Counted from the stretch's first letter, positions 28,894-38,313 are shown. The stretch is DNA of 63,035 bases from Bacteroidaceae bacterium (GCA_045599425.1 JAZRVZ010000167.1:1-63035); one strand, 5' to 3'. The notes: generated by a model not told the origin, from the sequence alone. Translations and numbers: made by a program.

Positions 28894-29313
28894 ATGACCA
28901 TTGCAGTAGATTTTGACGGGACGATCGTCCAGCACCGTTATCCCGAAATCGGTAACGAGATTCCTTTTGCCACCGAGACCCTGAAGATGCTGATTGCTGA
29001 GCATCACAGACTGATCCTCTGGAGTGTCCGCGAAGGCGAACTGCTGGATGAGGCAGTTGAATGGTGCCGTAAGCGCGGTGTGGAGTTTTATGCCGTGAAT
29101 CGCGACTATCCCGAGGAGGATGAAGGAAAGAACCGCCATTACAGCCGTAAGTTGAAGGCGGATCTTTTCATTGATGACCGCAACGTGGGTGGATTGCCCG
29201 ACTGGGGTACGATCTACACCATGATTCACGAGCACAAGTCCTATGAGCAGGTACTCCTGGAAAGTACCGGCGAGTACGAGGAGAAGCCCAAAAAGAAGTG
29301 GTGGCATTTCTGA
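28894..29313 (+). CDS. small capless HAD-superfamily hydrolase-like protein
   Basis: The N-terminal motif I, DFDGT (DxDxT), in a 139-aa protein. Confidence 0.5.
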   Translation: MTIAVDFDGTIVQHRYPEIGNEIPFATETLKMLIAEHHRLILWSVREGELLDEAVEWCRKRGVEFYAVNRDYPEEDEGKNRHYSRKLKADLFIDDRNVGGLPDWGTIYTMIHEHKSYEQVLLESTGEYEEKPKKKWWHF

Positions 29314-29396
29314 TCCGTCCCCTCTGCTGGGAATGGTCTTTCCTGCCCGTTCCGGTCGGCCTATGAAGCGCATCATGCGCATGGCGCTTTGGGACC

Positions 29397-29528
29397 GGCA
29401 GCAGGAATCGTTTTGAACCGCCGCAGGATTTGTCCAGGTCCGCCGTAGGATTTGCCCAAGTCGCCCGCAGGATTTGCCCAAGTCCGCCGTAGGATTTGCC
29501 AATGTCGCCTATAGGACGTATTTCCTGC
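29397..29528. repeat. 22-bp tandem repeat array (4 in-phase units plus 1-2 degenerate)
   Basis: AGGATTTG anchors at 29425, 29447, 29469 and 29491 give an exact 22-bp period. The unit is approximately CCGCCGTAGGATTTGCCCAAGT. The array ends 92 bp upstream of giant gene A. Confidence 0.85.
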
Positions 29529-29619
29529 CTCGCCATTCCGGAAACTTTTGGGGAAGGAGTCGCCATCCGTCATTCCACCTTATTTCTATTATATCAACCA
29601 TTCAAAAACCAAAACAAAC

Positions 29620-32600
29620 ATGAAGAAGAACTTACTTCTATTTTGTACAATGATGCTTTCCGCTGTGGGAGCATGGGCACAGAGTTGGGTAGAGCCTTCG
29701 TTGCAGTATTATAACGATGCTGTGCCCGAGAAGGCAGCAATCTACAATGTCGCACAGAAACAGTTCCTGACCAAGGGAGGTGCATGGGGTACCCATGCCG
29801 CACTGGGTGATGCCGGCAAGGCCTTTGTCTATGACATTGAGGCCCAGCAGGAGGATGGTGTGTACAAACTCCATTGTTCGGCTGCCGCCAATACCGGCTA
29901 CCTGGGTCGCAACTCCACCAAGGATGTCTACACAGACTACAAGTCTGGCGACTGGGGCCTTTTGTGGGAGTTTGTCAAGCTGGAGTCGGGCAACTACAAC
30001 ATCAAGACTGCCGCCTCTGACCCTGTCTATGGTTCCAACAAGGCTATCTTTGAGGGCGAGTATGACCCTGATGCGGATCTGGGTGGCCGCTACCTGCTTG
30101 GCTGGAGCGAGAATGAACAGGACCTGACCAACGGCAACGGTGACCCTATGGGCACCAACGTGGGTTGCTATATGTTTGACATGGAGGATGCTGCCAATGC
30201 CGGCGTGAGCATTGAGTGGTGCTTCGTCACCGCGGATGCCTTTACACTGTATGATGCCCAGTCTGCCCTCTATAACAAGCTCAACGAGGCCTTTGAAATG
30301 GGTTATACCGAGGCTGAGCTTGCCGCTGCCGCCAGCGTACTGACGGGTACGGATGTGGAGATGCTGAACGCCGCCGTCAAGGATGTTGAGCAGCTGATCC
30401 TGGAGTATGGATACAACCATGCCACACCCGACAATCCCTATGATGTCAGCAGCGTTATCCTCAACGCAGCCCTGAACGGTACGAAGGGTCAGAAGCCTGC
30501 CGACTGGATCTGTACTGACAATGCGCTGATCCAGAACAACAAGATCTATCCCGACTACGACAATACCGATGCCAATGCTTTCAACAATTTCGTGCAGGAT
30601 TGGACCAGTTCCAACAACACGAGTATCAATGCGGCCGACATTCATCAGGTGATTGCCGACCTGCCTCAGGGTACTTATCGCCTGACGGCCTACTGTATTG
30701 CTACCAGCGGCAGCGCCGACCTGATTCCCAACGGAGCCGAACTGTATGCTGAGAGTGGTGTCATTCACTACAGCACTCCCGTCAGCATGCCCAACGGAGC
30801 TGAGGGTAGTGGCTCGCCCCACCTGACAACGGTCGAGATCACCCACTTCGGCGGCGACCTGACTATCGGCTATGGCTTCACGCCTGGCTATACCAAGTGG
30901 TGGGGTGTGGACAACTTCAAGCTCTACTATTGCGGTCCTGTTGCCAATCCCGGTCTGCTGGCCCTGACCAGCACCTATGCGGCTGCTCAGGAATATGCAG
31001 AGAACTATGAAGGCGAGGACGCCTACTTCACGGCTGCAACCTACAGTGCATTGACCAGCGAGCTCAAGGAGGCCGATGGTATCATGGCTGGTGCAGACAG
31101 CGAGGAATGCCAGGAGGAGGCTGCCAAACTGAATGCGCTGATGAACACGATCAAGGCAGAGATGGCTGCCTATGAGAAGCTGTATACGCTGGTTGAGAAG
31201 GTGAAGGCGGACGTTTCCGCCTATGAGACCTCTGTTCCTTCTCTGGGCGAGACCTTGTCGGGAATGCTTGACCAGTACCTGGGTGCCTATGAGGACAGGG
31301 AAGCTTCCGTTGAGGATATCGAGTCATGGATTGCCGGCTACAACGACGTAATCGTATCCGGCATCAAGGAGGCAATGTCCACTGCCAGTGTGGAGAAACC
31401 CATCGAGATCACCGCCCTCTTCCCCAATATGGGTTATGAGGAGAATACGGCGGAGAGTGCTGCACCCAACGGATGGACTTGCGAGGCCGGTGCCTTCAAG
31501 GCTCGTGCCAACACGGCCGAGGTATGGCAGGCCAGCTTCAACTGCTACCGTATCCTGGAGGGCCTTCCCGCCGGTGCCTACAAACTGACGGCCAAGGCCC
31601 TGAGCCGTCTGGGTGGCAGTGATGAGAACTACCTGAACTACGTGCCTGGCGAGAACCGTCAGATGTCCCGTCTCTATCTGAACACCAATGAGGTGCCTGT
31701 GGCCGACCAGGCTGAGGGTGCCACTCCCGAGCAGCGTTACTCCAATGACATGAACGTGGGTACTGAGGATGAGCCTCTCTGGGTACCCAATTCAATGGAG
31801 GGTGCACGTGTGTACTTCAATGTGGAGGAGTTATATAACAACGAGGTTATTGGTGTATCCCTGGAGGATGGTGCCCCCATTACCATCGGTATCAAGCATG
31901 AGGGCGACGTACCAGGTAACAGCTGGACCATCTGGAGCGACTTCCATGTCTACTACATGGGCGTCAGCAACAATGCCCTCTATGACACCATGGTGGCTTT
32001 GGCCGAACAGGCAAGGCAGAAGGCTGGAGATTCCATGACCGACGAGGGTGAGGACAAGCTGAACAAGGCTGTGGATGCCAGCGAGAGGCTGAATGTGACT
32101 TCCTCAGCAGATGATATCACAGCAGTTATCAACAGCCTGAATGATGCACTGGCCTATGATGCAGCCACCATTCCTCTGTTTGAAAAGCTTATGTCCATGG
32201 TCAGCGAAATGGATGGAAAGGTTTCATCCCTTGATGTTGAGAGCGACTATCAGGGACTGTCAGACATGCTGGATGAGGCTGGTGTTGCTGTCATGGACGA
32301 GCATGCCAACAGCAATGAGCAGATCGAGTCATGGCTGAGTCTGCTGCCCATCGAGCTCACCAAGTTTGTTCAGGATCCCGTTCTGACTACTGCCTCTGAG
32401 GCAAATCCCGGCGACATCACGCCCGTTCTCTCAAATCCCGACTTCACTGGTGTGACCAAAAACAACTGCCCCGGCTGGATCTTTACCTATGAGGCTGATC
32501 ACATTGGTCCCAACAATGATGCCCAGGCTGCATCGAATGCCTGTGAGTTCTGGAAGGCCGCTTCCTTCGACATGCATCAGGATATCGTGGGTCTGGCCGA

Positions 32601-33129
32601 GGGCTACTACCGCCTGACCATGAACGGTTTCTACCGTGCCGGTAATGCCGATCCCAATATCGCAGCATACACCGAGAATCCCGATTCTTGCCGTGATATG
32701 TCCCTCTATGCCAACAATGCAAGCGTACTCCTGAAGAACATCCTGGACGACTGCTCTGAGGAGGCCATCGCTGACGCTCCCGAGTATGTGCTGGGTGAGA
32801 AGACCGTTTATGCTCCCAACACCATGCTGCAGGGTGCCGCATTCTTTGAGGAGGGCAAGTACCAGAATACCCTGGAATTCCACCTTGACAAGGATCAGGT
32901 ACTTACGCTGGGTCTGAAGCTCACCGGAAAGGTGGTTGATGCCAACTGGTGTATGTATGACAACTTCCAGCTGTTCTATCTGGGTACAACCTGTCCCACT
33001 GCTGTCGAGAGCATTGCCAGCGGAACCGTTTCAGGCAACGGACAACTCTACGACCTGCAGGGCCGCAAGGTTGCCAAGGCCCAGAAGGGACTTTATATTC
33101 AGAATGGTAAAGTGGTGCTCGTAAAGTAA
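29620..33129 (+). CDS. giant secreted protein A (1169 aa) with T9SS C-terminal sorting domain; paralogue family member
   Basis: Signal peptide ..AVGAWA|QSW and an N-terminal WG-repeat domain. Three beta modules end in DNFKLYYCG, SDFHVYYMG and DNFQLFYLG, separated by helical spacers. The tail is GQLYDLQGRKVAKAQKGLYIQNGKVVLVK. Confidence 0.85.
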   Translation: MKKNLLLFCTMMLSAVGAWAQSWVEPSLQYYNDAVPEKAAIYNVAQKQFLTKGGAWGTHAALGDAGKAFVYDIEAQQEDGVYKLHCSAAANTGYLGRNSTKDVYTDYKSGDWGLLWEFVKLESGNYNIKTAASDPVYGSNKAIFEGEYDPDADLGGRYLLGWSENEQDLTNGNGDPMGTNVGCYMFDMEDAANAGVSIEWCFVTADAFTLYDAQSALYNKLNEAFEMGYTEAELAAAASVLTGTDVEMLNAAVKDVEQLILEYGYNHATPDNPYDVSSVILNAALNGTKGQKPADWICTDNALIQNNKIYPDYDNTDANAFNNFVQDWTSSNNTSINAADIHQVIADLPQGTYRLTAYCIATSGSADLIPNGAELYAESGVIHYSTPVSMPNGAEGSGSPHLTTVEITHFGGDLTIGYGFTPGYTKWWGVDNFKLYYCGPVANPGLLALTSTYAAAQEYAENYEGEDAYFTAATYSALTSELKEADGIMAGADSEECQEEAAKLNALMNTIKAEMAAYEKLYTLVEKVKADVSAYETSVPSLGETLSGMLDQYLGAYEDREASVEDIESWIAGYNDVIVSGIKEAMSTASVEKPIEITALFPNMGYEENTAESAAPNGWTCEAGAFKARANTAEVWQASFNCYRILEGLPAGAYKLTAKALSRLGGSDENYLNYVPGENRQMSRLYLNTNEVPVADQAEGATPEQRYSNDMNVGTEDEPLWVPNSMEGARVYFNVEELYNNEVIGVSLEDGAPITIGIKHEGDVPGNSWTIWSDFHVYYMGVSNNALYDTMVALAEQARQKAGDSMTDEGEDKLNKAVDASERLNVTSSADDITAVINSLNDALAYDAATIPLFEKLMSMVSEMDGKVSSLDVESDYQGLSDMLDEAGVAVMDEHANSNEQIESWLSLLPIELTKFVQDPVLTTASEANPGDITPVLSNPDFTGVTKNNCPGWIFTYEADHIGPNNDAQAASNACEFWKAASFDMHQDIVGLAEGYYRLTMNGFYRAGNADPNIAAYTENPDSCRDMSLYANNASVLLKNILDDCSEEAIADAPEYVLGEKTVYAPNTMLQGAAFFEEGKYQNTLEFHLDKDQVLTLGLKLTGKVVDANWCMYDNFQLFYLGTTCPTAVESIASGTVSGNGQLYDLQGRKVAKAQKGLYIQNGKVVLVK

Positions 33130-33161
33130 AAGCGGAGCATTGACTGATAAAAAAAGGAAGG

Positions 33162-33190
33162 AAGCCTCATTTTTGGGGCTTTCTTCTTTG
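33162..33190 (+). terminator. intrinsic terminator after gene A
   Basis: AAGCCTCA-tttt-TGGGGCTT stem followed by a T-rich run. Confidence 0.5.
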
Positions 33191-33209
33191 TTATTAATTA
33201 AATAAGGTG

Positions 33210-33217
33210 TAACTTTG
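33210..33217 (+). promoter_or_regulatory. -7 box TAACTTTG for gene B
   Basis: TAnnTTTG about 110-115 nt upstream of the gene B start. Confidence 0.45.
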
Positions 33218-33331
33218 CACAAGGTGTCTGCTTGCCATTGTCTTTCCTGTAGGGCAAATGGCGATGAAGGCATTGCTTTGAGAGAATATTTGCTAATTAC
33301 TATTTACTAACCAATCAAACAACAAATGTTT

Positions 33332-36300
33332 ATGAGAAAGCTTATACTTTCTATTGCAACGCTGTTTGCCGTCACGTCTTCTCAGGCTGCCGTGGGTGAT
33401 GACCTCACCAGCAAGTACCTGAAGAATGCAGACTTCAGTCAGGGTGCCGTCATTGACAATGGCATCTGCACCTATGACAGGGATATGGAGGCAAACGGTA
33501 CAGTCTATTTCGGTCAGCAGGCTGTAGAGGGATGGGAGGCATTTTCACTGTCTTCCAACACCTATGAAGCCCCCGGTTTGAATGACGCTTCCCCCAACCG
33601 GGCTGCTTCTGCCGTTTTTGCGTTCAACGATGAGATGAACGAGGAGGATGACAACATTTTCCTGGGAGGCAAGGGCTTTCTGGCTCCCTTCATGAATTCG
33701 CAGGAGCAGGAAGCTGGTACCTTCCTGGGCCTGGTTGCAGTATGGGGCGGTACTGCCCAGTACACTCAGACTGCCACTCTGCCCGCCGGCTGCTACACCA
33801 TGACCTTTACCACCTATAATGGTAGCGGTACGGGTGAGGTATCCAGCAACCTTTTTGGTTTCATTGCAGACAACGGCAAGGCTTATACCTGTGCTGAGAA
33901 GTCTTGGGGAGAGATTGGTACATGGAATGAAATGACCGTAACCTTCATCCTGGACGAGGAGACCAGCGGCGTCATCTCTGTGGGCTATGTAGGTCCTGCC
34001 GGTTCTGGTGCCATGCCTCACCTATTCATCGAAAGCGTGAAGATTGAGGTGGGTGATGCAACTCCCATCATCCAGGCCCAGATTGATGAGCTGAAGGAGG
34101 TACTGCTTCCCTTGCTGGAGGCTGGTGACGAACTGGGTGTTGATACCAAGGCCGGTTGGGCAGTCTACAACAACGACAACGCAACCCTGGACGAGGTGAA
34201 GGATGCTGTTGCCAACCAGAAGGAGATCAATGAAAAGGGCATGACCGACCTCACCGACTTCTTCATCAACAATGCCCACTTTGCAGAGGGTAGTCCCCTG
34301 GACGCCGGTGTCTGCACCTACGACTATGATATGCCTGGCAACGGTACCAAGTACTTTGGTATGCAGCCCATTGAGAAGTGGACTGCCAGCTCTCCCTCTG
34401 ACAATGTTCAGACGATGGCTAACAGTGGCAGTACTCCCGCCAATCCCCTGAACAGCCGTGCTTCCGGTCTCTTTGCCGTAGGTTCTGGTGACGAGGTATG
34501 GCTGGGTAGCAAGGGCGATACCGCTCCTGCCACCAAGGCTAATGGTTCCACCGAGGGTAATGTGTTCGGCTTCATCTCCGTATGGGGTGGTACCGCCTAT
34601 TATTCCCAGCATGTAACCCTGCCCGCAGGTAACTACACCATTACCATCCCCACCTACAACGAGCGTGGTACGGGTGCCATCGGTAAGAATATGTGTGGCT
34701 TCATTGCCGACAGTGGCGAGGAGTATCTGGCAGAGACCAAGACCTTCCCCGTTGGCAAGTGGACCAATGAGACCATCAAGTTCTCCCTGGACGATGAAAC
34801 CCCGGGCTTGATTACTATCGGTTATGTGGCTGCCAATGCCGGTTCGGCTTCCATGCCTCACCTGTTCATCGACGAGTTTGAGCTGAAGTACAACGGTCTG
34901 CTGGACGTAACTCCCAGCGTGCTGGCTCTTCAGGGTGCCATCCGTACGGCAGAGGAATACACCGGTGGTGACATCCTCTGTGAGAGTGCCATCGTTGAGC
35001 GTCTGGCTGAGGCAGTTGGTGCTGGCCAGTCCCTGATTAGCGCCGGTGGCAGTGACGATGAGGCCAATGTTGCAGCAGCAACGGAAATCAACAATATCAT
35101 TGCCGAGGCAAAGGCCAGTGCGGATCTCTATACCAAGTTCGGTGAATTCCTTGAGGGTGAGCTGGCAGAGACCATTGACCTGTATAGCGAGGGTGAGCTG
35201 GCAGCTTTCTCTGCCGAGCTGTCCGAGTCTTTCGATGAGTACTTTGATGCCTGGGAGAGCGGTGAATATACCAGTGAGCAGATCAATGAGATCATGTCCG
35301 GCCTGAACGGAAAGGTCGTTGCTGCCATCAAGGCTGCCCTTGAGTCTGCAGCTGCCGATGGCAAGGAGCACAGTCTGGACATCTCTGCACTCTTTGCCAA
35401 CATCAAGTACGCCAACAGCACCGTTGAGGGATGGAAGAATGAGACCGGTACCTCGGCCTTCCTGAGCCGCGTACAGACTGCTGAGGTCTGGAACCAGAAC
35501 AAGTTCAATGTATACCAGACCCTGTCTGAGATGCCTGCAGGTGCCTATGAGGTTCGCGTGAATGGCTTCTATCGCAGTGCTGCCAATCTGGACAATTACA
35601 CCGAATGGGAAAGCCAGGATGTTATTGGTCATGCCTACCTCTATGCCGGTGGTAACCAGGTACTGATGCACAACGTGGCAGAGTATGCTGCCGACCAGGA
35701 TGACAACCACACCGCAGAGACCGGTGTCGGTTCGTATGTTCCCAATAGCAATGCCAATGCCAACTACATCTTCTACACCGACGGTGAGGCTGTCAATACC
35801 TTGACTACGGCCCTGCTTGAGACCGGTGACCTGACCATCGGTATCAAGGGTATGGACCTCGAGGATAATGCCTGGGTAGTCTGGGGTGGTTTCACCGTAG
35901 TCTACAAGGGTGCCGGCGAGGAACTTGTCAAGGAAGCTGTCAACGGTGAGATTGATGTCCTGATTGCCGAGGCCCAGGCCATGGACGAGAATGACATCAT
36001 TGTAAAGGTTGAACTGTCGGATAAGAAGCTGAATGACGCAATCACTGCCGGTGAGGCTGCCAAGGAAAGTTCCAGCATAGAAGACAAGACCGATGCCATC
36101 GCAGAGCTGAAGGCTGCCATTGAGTATGCATCCAAGAGCGAGGGACTCCTCATGAAGCTCATGGATGTCTTCACCTTGTATTACGATCTGTTGGACAAGA
36201 CCGAGGTTGAGGGTGATACCAAGGCCATCTCCGGTTTGCTGGACGATGAGATTGGTGATCCCGAGGAAGGTGCCAAGAGCAACGAGCAGATCGAGCAGTG

Positions 36301-37120
36301 GATCGATGAGCTTCCCCTGGCCTGGACCAGGTTCGTATGCAGCCAGGACGGTATGGCAACTGCCAGCGAGAAGGCTCCCGTCAACGTTACGGAGGCCATC
36401 CTGAACCCCGGCTTCGAGGGCGTAACCTCTGAAAGTGCACATGTTGAGTTCTGGTCAGTTGCGAAGGATGGCGGAAACGAAGGCTATGAGGCCGGTATCT
36501 ACGAGTTCTTCAACAATAACAGCTTCGACATCCATCAGACTGTCAATGCCCTGACTCCTGGTTACTACCGTGTACGCGTACAGTCCTTCTATCGTGCAGG
36601 CTCCAATGCTGCCAATGTGGATTCCCTGACGGTCAGCCCCGATTCAATCAACAAGGCATACCTCTATGCAAACGAATCTGCCGTTGCCCTGAAGAACGTA
36701 CTCGACCTGGAGGACGTAGAGGAGAGCGGCTATGTGGCAGGTGAGGCTATGGGTGTTGATGGCGAGGTAACCGTGGCATACAAGGATTCCGAGGCTTACT
36801 ACATCCCCAACAACCGTAATTCACTCAGCACCTACTTTGAGGCAGGATGCTACTGGAATGAGATAGACTGTAAGGTTGCCGAGGACGGCAAGCTGGTTCT
36901 GGGTCTGAAGAAGGATAGCCGTATGGAAAATGACTGGTGTCCCTACGACAACTTCCAGCTGTTCTATCTGGGTACCTCTGCGCCTACCGCCGTCCAGGGC
37001 GTAGCTGCCGATGCTGAGCTTGCCGGCAAGGCTGGCATCTTCGATCTGCAGGGCCGCAAGGTTAGCAAGACACAGAAGGGCCTGTATATCATGAATGGCA
37101 AGGTTGTCATTGTGAAGTAA
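33332..37120 (+). CDS. giant secreted protein B (1262 aa) with T9SS C-terminal sorting domain; paralogue family member
   Basis: MRKLILSIATLFAVTSSQA signal peptide (alternative ATG at 33326). Two gamma modules end in HLFIESVKIEVG and HLFIDEFELKYNG. Two beta modules end in GGFTVVYKGAG and DNFQLFYLGT. The tail is GIFDLQGRKVSKTQKGLYIMNGKVVIVK. Confidence 0.85.
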   Translation: MRKLILSIATLFAVTSSQAAVGDDLTSKYLKNADFSQGAVIDNGICTYDRDMEANGTVYFGQQAVEGWEAFSLSSNTYEAPGLNDASPNRAASAVFAFNDEMNEEDDNIFLGGKGFLAPFMNSQEQEAGTFLGLVAVWGGTAQYTQTATLPAGCYTMTFTTYNGSGTGEVSSNLFGFIADNGKAYTCAEKSWGEIGTWNEMTVTFILDEETSGVISVGYVGPAGSGAMPHLFIESVKIEVGDATPIIQAQIDELKEVLLPLLEAGDELGVDTKAGWAVYNNDNATLDEVKDAVANQKEINEKGMTDLTDFFINNAHFAEGSPLDAGVCTYDYDMPGNGTKYFGMQPIEKWTASSPSDNVQTMANSGSTPANPLNSRASGLFAVGSGDEVWLGSKGDTAPATKANGSTEGNVFGFISVWGGTAYYSQHVTLPAGNYTITIPTYNERGTGAIGKNMCGFIADSGEEYLAETKTFPVGKWTNETIKFSLDDETPGLITIGYVAANAGSASMPHLFIDEFELKYNGLLDVTPSVLALQGAIRTAEEYTGGDILCESAIVERLAEAVGAGQSLISAGGSDDEANVAAATEINNIIAEAKASADLYTKFGEFLEGELAETIDLYSEGELAAFSAELSESFDEYFDAWESGEYTSEQINEIMSGLNGKVVAAIKAALESAAADGKEHSLDISALFANIKYANSTVEGWKNETGTSAFLSRVQTAEVWNQNKFNVYQTLSEMPAGAYEVRVNGFYRSAANLDNYTEWESQDVIGHAYLYAGGNQVLMHNVAEYAADQDDNHTAETGVGSYVPNSNANANYIFYTDGEAVNTLTTALLETGDLTIGIKGMDLEDNAWVVWGGFTVVYKGAGEELVKEAVNGEIDVLIAEAQAMDENDIIVKVELSDKKLNDAITAGEAAKESSSIEDKTDAIAELKAAIEYASKSEGLLMKLMDVFTLYYDLLDKTEVEGDTKAISGLLDDEIGDPEEGAKSNEQIEQWIDELPLAWTRFVCSQDGMATASEKAPVNVTEAILNPGFEGVTSESAHVEFWSVAKDGGNEGYEAGIYEFFNNNSFDIHQTVNALTPGYYRVRVQSFYRAGSNAANVDSLTVSPDSINKAYLYANESAVALKNVLDLEDVEESGYVAGEAMGVDGEVTVAYKDSEAYYIPNNRNSLSTYFEAGCYWNEIDCKVAEDGKLVLGLKKDSRMENDWCPYDNFQLFYLGTSAPTAVQGVAADAELAGKAGIFDLQGRKVSKTQKGLYIMNGKVVIVK

Positions 37121-37176
37121 ATCACGATACAACCTCCATAGATACTATTATAGTTATACATAACAGAAAATCGAAG

Positions 37177-37205
37177 AAGCCCCGAGTCTTTCGGGGCTTT
37201 TTCTT
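37177..37205 (+). terminator. intrinsic terminator after gene B
   Basis: AAGCCCCGA-gtctt-TCGGGGCTT followed by TTTCTTT. Confidence 0.7.
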
Positions 37206-37258
37206 TGTCCCTACGGCAAATTGTGAATTATGTATTGTGAATTATGAATTATTCTTCG

Positions 37259-37266
37259 TATCTTTG
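37259..37266 (+). promoter_or_regulatory. -7 box TATCTTTG for rnpB
   Basis: TAnnTTTG a few nt upstream of the predicted RNase P RNA 5' end. It is preceded by a direct repeat of TTGTGAATTATG (37221-37232 and 37235-37246). Confidence 0.55.
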
Positions 37267-37269
37267 CAG

Positions 37270-37727
37270 GCAGAAAAGGCAGCAGGACGGTCTGTCGCTG
37301 GTTCTTTCCGCCGCAAGGAGGAATGGGCGAGAGGAAAGTCCGGGCAGCATAGGGTGCTCCGCTTCTTAATGGGAAGGAGGCCGCGAGGCTTGGCACGTGC
37401 AGAAGAAAACAACCGCCCCTTTCTGAATTGAAGTTTTCAACTTTCCATTCTGTAGGGGTAAGGGTGAGAAGGTGAGGCAAGAGCTCACCAGGCGAGTGGT
37501 GACATTCGTGCTGTGCACACCGGAGGCTGAAAGTTCATGTAAACCGGCGAATCAAAGAGAGGGCGACCCGCCCGAGCCGGAGGGTAGAACGATTGAGGCG
37601 TGTGGTGACATGCGTCCTGGATAAATGACAGACACCAGACTTCGTTTCCTGTCGGCACAGGCTTTCCGGTTTGTCGTCGTATGGAAATGTCTGGTACAGA
37701 ACCCGGCTTATAGGCCAGCTGCCTTTT
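37270..37727 (+). ncRNA. rnpB: RNase P RNA (bacterial type A)
   Basis: Universally conserved P4 strands GAGGAAAGTCCGGGC (5') and ACAGAACCCGGCTTA (3'). P1 pairing is AAAAGGCAGC/GCTGCCTTTT. A T8 run follows the 3' end. Boundaries are good to about +/-5 nt. Confidence 0.9.
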
Positions 37728-37760
37728 TTTTGATTGACATCTATAAATACTGTTCGTGCT

Positions 37761-37895
37761 ATGGTTCAGTTTCTTCTTGGATGGGGCATTTTCGTAGCCC
37801 TGGTCTATCTGCTCATGTATGTGGACTATTTCACCCACAAGCATAATATCGCAGAGGCCTTCCGGGCCTTTGCCGATTCCTTTGGCGAAGAATAA
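37761..37895 (+). CDS. possible 44-aa small hydrophobic protein
   Basis: MVQFLLGWGIFVALVYLLMYVDYFTHKHNIAEAFRAFADSFGEE has one predicted TM helix. There is no supporting homology and it may be spurious. Confidence 0.2.
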   Translation: MVQFLLGWGIFVALVYLLMYVDYFTHKHNIAEAFRAFADSFGEE

Positions 37896-38071
37896 ACCCA
37901 GATAGTCCATTAGACGACATTGGCGTTATTCTGTTTCTCTTTGGCATTATTTTCACCACATTTTACTCACATAGGAACCCCTATGCTCATAAAATGTGAT
38001 GCAAATCCTGACACAAAGATAATCCAAAATACCATCCTTGGTCTAATGAACTATCTGGGATAAAAAAATGC

Positions 38072-38190
38072 CGGAACCCTTCATCCCTTCACCTGACCTT
38101 GCCAGAACCCCAGCAAATACTGGGGATTTGAGCGGTTGAGGGTTGGCGCAACCCTTCACTATCCCTTCACTAACCCCTTCACCTGTTCCC
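38072..38190 (-). repeat. GTGAAGG-rich intergenic repeat element, copy 2 (inverted relative to copy 1)
   Basis: The reverse complement contains AAATCCCCAGTATTTGCTGGGGTTCTGG and GTCAGGTGAAGGGATGAAGGGTT, both identical to stretches within 289-420. Confidence 0.75.
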
Positions 38191-38241
38191 TTGGGCAAGT
38201 ACACCGGTTGCCTGGCATGGCAAGGACTGTAGCATACCAAT

Positions 38242-38271
38242 CAAGCCTGGTCGCAAACGCGGCCAGGCTTG
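38242..38271 (-). terminator. 13-bp-stem hairpin downstream of the short wza gene
   Basis: CAAGCCTGGTCGC-aaac-GCGGCCAGGCTTG. The U-tract is weak. Confidence 0.45.
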
Positions 38272-38313
38272 ATTATATGATGGACTGGTTGTGAATTCCG
38301 GATCTTGTAGTCC

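Noticed and set aside
29397-29528. The possibility that the 22-bp repeat arrays are CRISPR arrays.
   Set aside because: The units are contiguous with no unique spacers. The period is only 22 bp and there are no cas genes in the window.
28858-29573. Minus-strand ORFs (214, 132 and 66 aa) running through the 22-bp tandem array, and ORF 47185-47547 (+) running through the second array.
   Set aside because: Their repetitive peptide sequences simply mirror the DNA repeats. They overlap the well-supported HAD-like gene or lie in intergenic DNA, and there is no start context.
34022-36442. An 806-aa minus-strand ORF antisense to giant gene B. Similar long antisense ORFs lie at 29638-30846 (-), 40113-40856 (+) and 43457-44812 (+), opposite genes A, C and D.
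   Set aside because: The translations are low-complexity (G/L/V/D/T-rich) with no signal or domain-like features. The sense strands carry signal peptides, repeated modules and T9SS tails.
37237-37910. ORFs 37237-37431 (+), 37485-37910 (-) and 37625-37846 (+) in the B/wza intergenic region.
   Set aside because: They overlap the RNase P RNA gene, which is identified by its universally conserved P4 strands. The translations have no protein-like features.
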